Assembly: GCA_036393135.1 (NCBI GenBank)
Contig: DASVWQ010000058.1
Span: 1 to 39,104 of the forward strand
DNA length: 39,104 nucleotides
Source of the DNA: Ktedonobacterales bacterium
GTDB lineage: Bacteria; Chloroflexota; Ktedonobacteria; Ktedonobacterales; JADMIN01
Reading direction: 5' to 3'
Below, piece after piece: positions 17,844 through 25,558 of the stretch. How positions within the stretch are numbered: the first letter of the stretch is position 1; each line of letters starts with the position of its first letter. The notes under the pieces were generated by a model. The model saw only the letters and a list, made by a program, of their open reading frames with translations. It was not told the DNA's origin and did no database searches. The position numbers and the translations under genes are program-made.

Positions 17844-18239
17844 TTATTTCTTTTCGCTACGCTTGAACCGCGCGCGAATCAGTGTGTAGAAGACGCCCAC
17901 GATGATGGCGCCAAGCAGCGAGGCGATAATCAGCACGCCTTCGAGCGCGAAATCGAAGGGGATGCGAGCGTAGGTCTCCAGCAGGTACGCGCCGATGATC
18001 GTCAGGATGACACCCGTGACCAGGCCACCAGACTCGGACTTGGTCAGATACTTGGTGACGGCGTTCACCACCACTGCCAGGACGAGCAGAATGATGAGCT
18101 GGATCAGGTTGAGGTGATAGCCTTTCGCGGGCCAGTCCAGCACCTGAATCGTGATGTCCGTCTGGTGGAAGATGGTGTTCAGGATGCCGGAGTTGGGGAT
18201 GATGCCGAACAACGCCGAAGCGAGAACGAATCCGAACAT
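17844..18239 (-). CDS. Small integral membrane protein (possibly GlsB/YeaQ/YmgE-like)
   Basis: ATG at 18239 lies 7 nt after AGGAAAGGAGAG. 131 aa with four hydrophobic helices and a basic C-terminus (RARFKRSEKK). GC is visibly lower than in the neighbours. Confidence 0.6.
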   Translation of the reverse strand: MFGFVLASALFGIIPNSGILNTIFHQTDITIQVLDWPAKGYHLNLIQLIILLVLAVVVNAVTKYLTKSESGGLVTGVILTIIGAYLLETYARIPFDFALEGVLIIASLLGAIIVGVFYTLIRARFKRSEKK

Positions 18240-18459
18240 CTGCCGCGTCTCTCCTTTCCTCTCCCAGAGGGCCTGCATGCTTTCAATGGCCAGGTCCAGC
18301 GCCGCGCCCACATCGCGCTACACAGGCGACGCACCGGACTTCATACAGCATAACAGGCGTGTCTATCGGCGCCCGTTCGGCAAGAAATCGGTTTCGCGGT
18401 ACCATATATTCCGTATCCACGCCACAGAACGGGCAGGCGGGTTGAAAAGGAGCGACAAC

Positions 18460-19404
18460 ATGGAATACCGGAAATTGGGGAGATCGGGGCTGCGCGTCTC
18501 GGTCATCGGGCTGGGCGCCAACACGTTTGGCCGGGTGGCGGACGAAAAGCAGACCGCCGCCATCATCGGCGCCGCGCTCGACGCTGGAATCAATTTCATC
18601 GATACAGCGGACATCTACAACGCTGGCGTCTCAGAGGAATACATTGGCAAAGCGCTGCGCGGCCAGCGCGAACGCGCGCTCATCGCCACCAAGGTCGGGA
18701 TGTCCACTGGCCCAGGGCCAAACGAAAACGGCTCCTCGCGCAAGCGCGTCATCGCGGGCGCGCACGCCAGCCTGCGCCGACTCCAGACCGACTACCTGGA
18801 CCTCTACCAGATCCACCGCTTTGACCCCGATACCCCACTCGATGAGACCCTCGGCGCGCTGGACGACCTCGTGCGCGCGGGCGATGTCCGCTATATCGGC
18901 TGTTCTAACTTCGGCGCCTGGCGCCTCACCCAGGCGCTCTGGACCAGCGACCGGCGCGGCTGGGCGTCCTTCGTTTCGGCCCAGCCCGAATACAACCTGC
19001 TCGCCCGAGACATCGAGCGCGACCTCATTCCCGCCTGCTCGGAGTTCGGCGTTGGCATCATCCCCTACTCACCGCTGGCAAGCGGCGTTCTCACAGGCAA
19101 GTACCAACCTGACCAGCCAATCCCCGCGAACACGCGAGGCAGCGACTACGCTGGCTTCGAGCGGCGCCTCCAGCATGGGACGCTGGCCACGGCGCAGCGG
19201 CTGGCGGGCTGGGCGCAGACGCGCGGCCACACCGCCAGTGAGCTTGCGCTGGCCTGGCTCGCAGCGCAGCCCACCGTCGCCACCATCATAGCCGGAGCGC
19301 GCACCCCAGAGCAAGTCACCGCCAATGTCGCCGCGAGCGAGTGGACGCTCAGCGCAGACGACCTCGCCGACATCGAGCATTTGCTCGCGCCGCCATCCGC
19401 ATAG
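18460..19404 (+). CDS. Aldo/keto reductase
   Basis: MEYRKLGRSGLRVSVIGLGANTFG, IDTADIYN, LIATK and YQIHRFD motifs of the AKR family. ATG at 18460 follows AAAAGGAGCG. The track extension to 18151 overlaps the divergent gene. Confidence 0.9.
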   Translation: MEYRKLGRSGLRVSVIGLGANTFGRVADEKQTAAIIGAALDAGINFIDTADIYNAGVSEEYIGKALRGQRERALIATKVGMSTGPGPNENGSSRKRVIAGAHASLRRLQTDYLDLYQIHRFDPDTPLDETLGALDDLVRAGDVRYIGCSNFGAWRLTQALWTSDRRGWASFVSAQPEYNLLARDIERDLIPACSEFGVGIIPYSPLASGVLTGKYQPDQPIPANTRGSDYAGFERRLQHGTLATAQRLAGWAQTRGHTASELALAWLAAQPTVATIIAGARTPEQVTANVAASEWTLSADDLADIEHLLAPPSA

Positions 19405-19514
19405 GCGCGTCTCACAGCAAGCGGACCCCACATCAGCGCACAGCGGATACGCTGATACGCCGGTGCTTCGCGCGCCCAAAATATGGAACGTCGTGACCAA
19501 TTCTTACACAGGGA

Positions 19515-19543
19515 TTGACAAGATACCGCCTGTTCCGTAACAT
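19515..19543 (+). promoter_or_regulatory. Candidate sigma70-type promoter for the DUF3311-symporter operon
   Basis: TTGACA (19515-19520), 17 nt, TAACAT (19538-19543), leaving a leader of about 120 nt before ATG 19670. Confidence 0.45.
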
Positions 19544-19669
19544 TCCGTCAACACGATAGCGTTCGGTTGCGCGACCAGGACGTATCGTGCGTCTCGACCA
19601 GGCAACCCATATGGTGGACCATCGCAGGCTGGCCCAAACACCCGCAGCTCACTGAAAGGGAGCGAGAAC

Positions 19670-19879
19670 ATGAACAACGAAACGGTCCGTAGCAGGAAAA
19701 GCGTCTACTGGCTCTATCTCCTGCTCCTGATCCCGTTCATCGGCACCCTCTGGCCGCCGTTCTACAACGCCCTTACGCCAGACTGGCTGGGCATCCCGTA
19801 CTTCTACTGGTATCAGTTCCTCTGGATCATTCTCGCGTCGATCATCACCGGAGCCGTGTACTTCCTGGCGCGCGATTAG
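19670..19879 (+). CDS. DUF3311-family small membrane protein (symporter accessory subunit)
   Basis: 69 aa with two TM helices. WLYLLLLIPFIGTLWPPFYN...GIPYFYWYQFLWIIL is typical of DUF3311 proteins encoded immediately upstream of SSS transporters. The SD is AAAGGGAGCGAG. Confidence 0.75.
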   Translation: MNNETVRSRKSVYWLYLLLLIPFIGTLWPPFYNALTPDWLGIPYFYWYQFLWIILASIITGAVYFLARD

Positions 19880-19886
19880 GCGCGGT

Positions 19887-19904
19887 CGCCAGCGTGCGCT
19901 GGCG
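19887..19904. repeat. 18-bp palindrome between the DUF3311 gene and the symporter gene
   Basis: CGCCAGCG TG CGCTGGCG, starting 8 nt after the DUF3311 stop. Confidence 0.5.
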
Positions 19905-19993
19905 CATCCAGTCCCGTTTGGTCTCTCACCACTTCCTGGCCACAGACCGCGTTTGACTCGACTACCAGATCGCGCAAATCAGAGGAGATCCGC

Positions 19994-21634
19994 ATGTCCA
20001 ACCTGAACGTGACGGCGCTGGTCATCTTCATTGCACTTTTCGCGCTCGTCACCGTCCTCGGCTTCATTGCCGCCAACTGGCGGCGCGGCGACCTCAACCA
20101 GCTCCATGAGTGGGGCCTTGGTGGGCGTCGATTCGGCACCATCGTATCCTGGTTCCTGCTCGGCGGTGATCTCTACACCGCATACACCTTCGTCGCCGTT
20201 CCCGCCCTGATTTTCGCCAGTGGGGCCATCGGCTTCTTCGCAGTGCCGTACACCATCATCGTGTACCCGTTCATCTTCGTCGTCATGCCGCGCCTGTGGA
20301 GCGTCTCGCGCAAACACGGCTACGTGACCCCCGCCGACTTCGTGCGTGGTCGCTACGACAGCAGCACACTCGCGCTGGTTGTCGCGCTGACGGGCATCCT
20401 GGCCACCATGCCATACATCGCCCTCCAGCTCCTCGGCATTCAGGTCGTGCTGGCTGGCATGGGTCTGGAATTCAGCGGCTCGGTCCTGGGCATGCCGCTC
20501 AATGACCTGCCACTCGTCATCGCCTTCATCATCCTGGCCGCCTACACCTACACCAGCGGCCTGCGCGCTCCGGCGATGATCGCGCTGGTGAAGGACCTGC
20601 TGATCTACATCACCGTCATTGTCGCCGTGATCTGGATTCCGATCCAGCTTGGCGGCTACGGGCACATCTTCCAGGCTGCGGTCGCGCACCAGGCGACGAC
20701 GAAGGGCTTCGCCGTTACGCTCAAGCCGCCCACGTCGACGAGCCTTGGGACATATGGCGCGTATGCCACCCTGGCGCTCGGCTCGGCGCTCGCGCTCTTC
20801 CTGTATCCGCACTCCGTCACTGGCGTGCTGGCCGCCAACAGCCGCAAGGTCATCAAGCGGAACGCCGCGCTGCTGCCCGCCTACTCCTTCGTGCTGGGCC
20901 TGATCGCCCTCTTCGGCTACATGGCCATCGCAGCGGGTGTCACCAAGAAGGCGGAGTTCGCCCTCGGCTTCAAGCAATACGGCAGCACGTTCGCTGTACC
21001 TGCGCTGATGCTGGCGAGCTTTCCAGACTGGTTTGTCGGCGTCGCCTTCGCCGCCATCGCCATTGGCGCGCTGGTGCCAGCCGCGATCATGGCCATCGCC
21101 GCCGCGAACCTCTTCACGCGCAACATCTACCGCGAGTACTTCCGCAAGAATCCCAGCCCAGGCGAGGAAGCGACGGTCGCCAAGCTCGCCTCACTGGTGG
21201 TGAAGTTCGGCGCGCTGTTCTTCATCATCTACCTCGGCACACAGAACGCCTTGAATCTGCAACTTCTCGGCGGCGTGTGGATCCTCCAGACGTTCCCGGC
21301 GATCATCATCGGCCTCTACACGCGCTGGTTCCATCGCTGGGCGCTGTTGATTGGCTGGGCCGCCGGCATGATCATCGGCACCTACATGGCGTATACGCAG
21401 TCGTCACTGAAGACGCCGCACTTCGGCTCGTCGGTCTATCCGCTGCACCTGGGCGGGTTCGTCGCGGCAGGCTATGCGGCGTTCTACGCGCTGATCGTCA
21501 ACCTGGTCGTCTGTGTCGTCCTCTCCATCATCTTCAACCTGGTCAAGGCGCCCGCTGGCGCTGACGAGACTGCGGCTGAGGATTACGTGATGGAGTCCAC
21601 GCCAGAGATGGTCGCCGTCGGCGCGGAGCACTAG
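19994..21634 (+). CDS. Sodium:solute symporter family (SSS) transporter
   Basis: 546 aa with about 13 TM helices and an SSS-type N-terminus (NWRRGDLNQLHEWGLGGRRFG...LLGGDLYTAYTF). It is paired with DUF3311. The SD is CAGAGGAGATC. Confidence 0.9.
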   Translation: MSNLNVTALVIFIALFALVTVLGFIAANWRRGDLNQLHEWGLGGRRFGTIVSWFLLGGDLYTAYTFVAVPALIFASGAIGFFAVPYTIIVYPFIFVVMPRLWSVSRKHGYVTPADFVRGRYDSSTLALVVALTGILATMPYIALQLLGIQVVLAGMGLEFSGSVLGMPLNDLPLVIAFIILAAYTYTSGLRAPAMIALVKDLLIYITVIVAVIWIPIQLGGYGHIFQAAVAHQATTKGFAVTLKPPTSTSLGTYGAYATLALGSALALFLYPHSVTGVLAANSRKVIKRNAALLPAYSFVLGLIALFGYMAIAAGVTKKAEFALGFKQYGSTFAVPALMLASFPDWFVGVAFAAIAIGALVPAAIMAIAAANLFTRNIYREYFRKNPSPGEEATVAKLASLVVKFGALFFIIYLGTQNALNLQLLGGVWILQTFPAIIIGLYTRWFHRWALLIGWAAGMIIGTYMAYTQSSLKTPHFGSSVYPLHLGGFVAAGYAAFYALIVNLVVCVVLSIIFNLVKAPAGADETAAEDYVMESTPEMVAVGAEH

Positions 21635-21661
21635 CCGTAGGCTGCGCTCTGTGCGCGTTGG

Positions 21662-21695
21662 GGCCGGACGCGCGCCTTCATGGCGGCGTCCGGCC
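21662..21695 (+). terminator. Intrinsic-terminator-like hairpin after the symporter gene
   Basis: Perfect 10-bp stem GGCCGGACGC (21662-21671) / GCGTCCGGCC (21686-21695), plus 3 inner base pairs, followed by TCTGCGTTTGTCC. It starts 28 nt after the stop. Confidence 0.5.
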
Positions 21696-21814
21696 TCTGC
21701 GTTTGTCCTGCCCGCGCGGCGCTCGCGGTGCGCGCGGTGTATAGTGAAGCGATAGAATCGGTCGTCGCGCCCAGGGGCGGGCGCGCGGCAGCGGATAAGG
21801 GAAAGCGGAGAGTC

Positions 21815-22528
21815 ATGTCGGCGAGTGACCTGCCAGCACAGGATGCCCAGCGCGTTTCAGTCATCATCCCGGTCTATAACGAAGTCAAGACCATCCTCGA
21901 AGTCGTGCGGCGCGTGGCGAGCCAGCCCACCGTCGGCGAAATCGTCATCGTAGACGACTGCTCCACCGACGGCGCCCGCGAACTGCTCCAGGAGACTTCC
22001 TTCCCGGAGACCGTCAAGGTGCTCTACCACGACCGCAACATGGGCAAGGGCGCGGGCATCCGCACTGGCGTGAAGGCGGCCACCAAGGACATTATCATCA
22101 TCCAGGATGCCGACCTCGAATACAATCCTACCGACTTCCCCGTCGTCCTGCGCCCGATTCTGGATGGCGTGGCCGATGTCGTCTATGGCTCGCGGTTTCT
22201 GGGTACTCACCGCTCCTTCATGTTCTCGCACTACGTCGGCAACCGTTTCCTCTCGCTCGTCACCAATGTCCTCTACAACAATATGCTCACGGACATGGAG
22301 ACAGGCTACAAAGCCTTCCGCGCGCCAGTCATCAAGGACATCCAGATTCGCAGCAACCGCTTTGACTTCGAGCCAGAGATTACGGCAAAGGTGCTCAAGC
22401 GCGGCTACCGCATCTATGAGGTGCCGATCTATTATGCTGGCCGCGACTACGCCGAGGGCAAGAAGATCACCTGGCGCGACGGTTTCGCGGCGCTCTGGGC
22501 GCTGCTACGCTTCCGCTTCAGCGACTGA
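21815..22528 (+). CDS. GT2 glycosyltransferase, polyprenyl-phosphate sugar synthase-like (Dpm1/GtrB/ArnC type)
   Basis: VSVIIPVYNE, VDDCSTDG and IIQDADLEYNP (DxD) motifs. It is short (237 aa) and soluble like Dpm1-type enzymes. ATG at 21815 follows GGGAAAGCGGAGAG. Confidence 0.88.
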   Translation: MSASDLPAQDAQRVSVIIPVYNEVKTILEVVRRVASQPTVGEIVIVDDCSTDGARELLQETSFPETVKVLYHDRNMGKGAGIRTGVKAATKDIIIIQDADLEYNPTDFPVVLRPILDGVADVVYGSRFLGTHRSFMFSHYVGNRFLSLVTNVLYNNMLTDMETGYKAFRAPVIKDIQIRSNRFDFEPEITAKVLKRGYRIYEVPIYYAGRDYAEGKKITWRDGFAALWALLRFRFSD

Positions 22529-22546
22529 CGCCCGCGCGCATGAGGC

Positions 22547-23122
22547 TCAGCGACCGCCCAGCCGCGCGATCAGGCTATCCAGGTCGGGCCAGCCGAATCC
22601 TACCTCGGCCACATCGCGCTCGCCGAAGCGGAGTGTCTGCGCATACGCTACGACACCGCCCAGCGCCTCATAGAAGCCGCGATTCGGATTCCGCTCCAGC
22701 GCCCAGATGATGAGCGACCGCGCGCCACTTGCCCGCAGGCGCCGCGCCGTCGCGCCCAGCAGCCGTCCGCCCAGCCCGCGCCGCTCGTAGCCTGGCGTGA
22801 GATACAGCGCGTAGACCTCGCTTTCGTATGGCTCCGGCGCCGCGCCGCTCTCGAGCGGGCGGGCCGCCCCGGCATGCGCGAAGCCGCAGGTCTCGTCATC
22901 CGCGCCAGCCACCACGAAGGCGCACGCCAGCGGCCCGCGCGAGCCTTCCACGATCTGCGCCAGCCAGCGGCGCGTAGTCGCCGCGTTCTCCTCCACATCC
23001 ATCGCCGCCAGCGTCTCGTCCGGCACGATGTCGCGATAGGTCCGCCGCCAGCTCGCCACACGGATGCGCGCGATGGCGTTGGCGTCTTCTACGAGCGCCT
23101 CACGCACGGCATATTCGTTCAT
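22547..23122 (-). CDS. GNAT-family N-acetyltransferase
   Basis: 191 aa. The acetyl-CoA binding motif is YERRGLGGRLLGATARRL (R/Q-x-x-G-x-G/A), within a GNAT-like beta-alpha pattern. Confidence 0.85.
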   Translation of the reverse strand: MNEYAVREALVEDANAIARIRVASWRRTYRDIVPDETLAAMDVEENAATTRRWLAQIVEGSRGPLACAFVVAGADDETCGFAHAGAARPLESGAAPEPYESEVYALYLTPGYERRGLGGRLLGATARRLRASGARSLIIWALERNPNRGFYEALGGVVAYAQTLRFGERDVAEVGFGWPDLDSLIARLGGR

Positions 23123-23212
23123 CCCAGCCCCTTTGTCTCCGACGCCCGGCCAGCCTGTATGCGATAGTGAGCATATGACATCACTGCGCTATCCAGCCTG
23201 GAGGTGATTCGT

Positions 23213-23641
23213 ATGACGTTTGCGCTACCTGACCCTTCCACCGAGTTCGGCGCCCGCGTAGCCACGCGGCTGCGCGACGAGCGTGTCATCTGGCTTACGA
23301 CGACTGGCGCCGATGGCACACCGCAGCCCAACCCCGTCTGGTATCTCTGGGACGGCGAGAGCTTCCTGATCTACAGCCTGCCAGACGCCGCGCGCATCGC
23401 CCACATCCGCCGCAACCCGCACGTCGCTCTGCATTTTGACGGCAACGGGCGCGGCGGCGACATCGTTGTTTTCACTGGCTCTGCGCGCGAAGCGCCGGAG
23501 GAGCCGCCCGCCAACGAGCGCCCCGACTACCTCGAACGCTACCGCGACCGCATCGACCGCTTCTTCAACGGACCTGTCGCGTTCGCGGCGCGCTACTCGC
23601 GTCCGCTCCGCGTCACCCCAGGCAAAGTGCGCGGCAGCTAA
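23213..23641 (+). CDS. Pyridoxamine 5'-phosphate oxidase-family protein (probable F420/FMN-binding split-barrel enzyme)
   Basis: VIWLTTTGADGTPQPNPVWYLWDGESFLIYS...RNPHVALHFD is typical of the PPOX split-barrel family. ATG at 23213 lies 5 nt after GGAGGTGA; the track start at 23204 is a GTG inside the SD. Confidence 0.8.
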   Translation: MTFALPDPSTEFGARVATRLRDERVIWLTTTGADGTPQPNPVWYLWDGESFLIYSLPDAARIAHIRRNPHVALHFDGNGRGGDIVVFTGSAREAPEEPPANERPDYLERYRDRIDRFFNGPVAFAARYSRPLRVTPGKVRGS

Positions 23642-23648
23642 CGCGCGC

Positions 23649-23678
23649 TTGACCAGTGGGACTGACGGCCACTATACT
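23649..23678 (+). promoter_or_regulatory. Candidate promoter for leuB
   Basis: TTGACC (23649-23654), 18 nt, TATACT (23673-23678), 55 nt upstream of ATG 23734. Confidence 0.45.
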
Positions 23679-23733
23679 CAGCCCGTATGCTCCGCGAAGG
23701 CGCGGCGCCTGACGATAGAGAAGAGGATGGCTG

Positions 23734-24831
23734 ATGGGCGCGTTTGAGATCGTGGTGATGGGCGGCGACGGCATCGGGCCAGAGGTGACGGCGGAGGCGA
23801 CCCGCGCGCTGCTGGCGGTCGGCGAGCGTTTCGGCCACACCTTCACGCTGCGCGACGCGCTGGTGGGGCAGGCGGCGGTGGATCGCGAGGGCATCGCCAT
23901 CAGTGACGCTACGATGGCGCTCTGCCAGCGCGCCGACGCGATCCTCTTTGGCGCGGTCGGCGGCGTGGGCGCGGGCAATCCCAACGACGCGCGAGAACCG
24001 ATGTATTCGCTCTTTCGCCTGCGCCGTGACCTGAAGCTCTTCGCCAATCTGCGCCCGGTGCGTCCGCTGCCCGCGCTGCTGGGCGCCTCCACCCTGAAGC
24101 GCGCAACCCTGCGCGGGGTTGACCTGCTCGTCGTGCGCGAACTGACCGGTGGCATCTACTATGGCAAACCCAGCGCCATCCATGAATCCGCCAGCGGCGC
24201 CTCCGCCGTCGATACGATGGTCTACACCGAAGCCGAGATTACCCGCATCGCGCGCTACGCCTTCGATCTGGCGCGCGACCGCCGCAAGCAGGTGACGAGC
24301 GTGGACAAGGCCAATGTCCTGAGTTGCTCGCGTCTCTGGCGGCGCGTCGTCGAGGACGTTCACCGCGACTATCCTGATGTCGCGCTGCGGCACATGCTGG
24401 TGGACGCCTGCTCGATGGCGCTGATCCGCAATCCGCGCGAGTTCGATGTCGTGGTCACGGAGAATATGTTCGGTGACATCCTGACCGATGAAGCCTCGAT
24501 GCTGACTGGCTCGCTGGGGATGCTACCTTCCGCCAGTCTGGGCGCGCGGCGGACGGCGCACGGCCAGTTCGGCCTGTTTGAGCCAATCCACGGCTCGGCC
24601 CCCGACATCGCGGGCCAGGGCAAGGCCAACCCGCTAGCGGCCATCCTGACGACAGCGTTGCTGCTGCGCTATTCGCTGGGACTGAAGCGCGCGGCCTCAG
24701 CAGTCGAGCGGGCCGTGCGGCAGGTCGTCGCGTCCGGACTGCGCACCGCCGACATCGCGGCCCCCGGCGAGGCCGTCATCTCAACCCGCGAGATGGGCGA
24801 GGCGGTCACCGCCGCAATTCTCGCCCGCTGA
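23734..24831 (+). CDS. leuB: 3-isopropylmalate dehydrogenase
   Basis: GGDGIGPEV N-terminus, LRPVRP, VRELTGGIYYG, NMFGDILTDEASMLTGSLGMLPSASL and GSAPDIAGQGKANPLAAIL motifs of the isocitrate/isopropylmalate dehydrogenase family, with LeuB-like length. Confidence 0.9.
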   Translation: MGAFEIVVMGGDGIGPEVTAEATRALLAVGERFGHTFTLRDALVGQAAVDREGIAISDATMALCQRADAILFGAVGGVGAGNPNDAREPMYSLFRLRRDLKLFANLRPVRPLPALLGASTLKRATLRGVDLLVVRELTGGIYYGKPSAIHESASGASAVDTMVYTEAEITRIARYAFDLARDRRKQVTSVDKANVLSCSRLWRRVVEDVHRDYPDVALRHMLVDACSMALIRNPREFDVVVTENMFGDILTDEASMLTGSLGMLPSASLGARRTAHGQFGLFEPIHGSAPDIAGQGKANPLAAILTTALLLRYSLGLKRAASAVERAVRQVVASGLRTADIAAPGEAVISTREMGEAVTAAILAR

Positions 24832-24863
24832 TAGCCGACCCGAACGATGGAAGGGAGGCGCGC

Positions 24864-25244
24864 ATGGCCTCGCTCACGCTGATCTTGCTGCCGGAGACCT
24901 ACGCCGTCTGCAAATTGCCGCCGGACGCCGCCATTCCACCGCTGCCGCTGAGCGCCACGCTGGTCGCCGTGACCCTGACGCGCGACGAACTCTCGCTGGT
25001 TCTTCCAGAGGAGGCGGCGCCGGAGGGCGCGCAGGTGGCGGGAGGCTGGCGCGCATTGCGGGTCGCGGGCATCCTCGATTTCGCGCTGACGGGCGTGCTG
25101 GCGGGGTTGACCCAGCCGCTGGCCGCCGCTGGCGTGAGTGTCTTCGCCGTCTCGACATATGACACCGACTACCTGCTGACGCCTGCGGCAAACCTGTCGG
25201 CGGCGCTGGACGCCCTGCGAGCGGCGGGCTACACCATCGCCTGA
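24864..25244 (+). CDS. ACT-domain (ACT_7-like) small protein
   Basis: 126 aa. The pattern YAVCKLPPDA...LSLVLPE...WRALRV.G.LDFALTGVLAGLTQPLAAAGVSVFAVSTYDTDYLL is typical of stand-alone ACT_7 proteins. The SD is GGGAGG. Confidence 0.7.
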   Translation: MASLTLILLPETYAVCKLPPDAAIPPLPLSATLVAVTLTRDELSLVLPEEAAPEGAQVAGGWRALRVAGILDFALTGVLAGLTQPLAAAGVSVFAVSTYDTDYLLTPAANLSAALDALRAAGYTIA

Positions 25245-25276
25245 CCTGCCGCCCGCGCCAGCCGTACGGGCTAGCG

Positions 25277-25501
25277 TCAGCCCATCTTGGCGCGTGGCGT
25301 CGGCCCCAGGCGCCCTAGCCTGGCCAGCAGACGCAGACGCTCCGCCTCCAGGTCACGCTCGCGCTCGCGCCGCTTGTGCGAGGTTGGCTCGACCATCTCG
25401 CGCAGGCGCGCCAGCTCGTCGCAGACCGCCTGATACTGCTGCTGCGCCAGCGCCCGGTGAATTTCCCACACCGTCACGCCGCGCTCGTGGCCCCCACTCA
25501 T
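25277..25501 (-). CDS. Small Arg/Glu-rich coiled-coil protein, hypothetical (last gene of the chemosensory operon?)
   Basis: 74 aa. ATG at 25501 lies 8 nt after CAGGAGAC and 57 nt downstream of the cheA stop on the same strand. The predicted helix is HRALAQQQYQAVCDELARLREM...RERERDLEAERLRLLARL. I recognised no family. Confidence 0.45.
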   Translation of the reverse strand: MSGGHERGVTVWEIHRALAQQQYQAVCDELARLREMVEPTSHKRRERERDLEAERLRLLARLGRLGPTPRAKMG

Positions 25502-25558
25502 CGTCGCGTCTCCTGTCGCACCGTCTGGCGGTGGGTCAAGCGTGAAGGGTGGCCGACG

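Noticed and set aside
19560-19610. ACCAGG repeats reminiscent of SRP RNA helix 8 flank
   Set aside because: There is no GGAAGCAGCC-type conserved core or matching long helix. It is better explained as a leader direct repeat.
25294-25545. Plus-strand 83-aa ORF (and the start of 25376..26077) overlapping the small coiled-coil ORF
   Set aside because: It is Ala/Pro/Arg-rich with no SD. The minus-strand 74-aa frame has an AGGAG SD and helical heptad-like sequence, although it remains only moderately supported.
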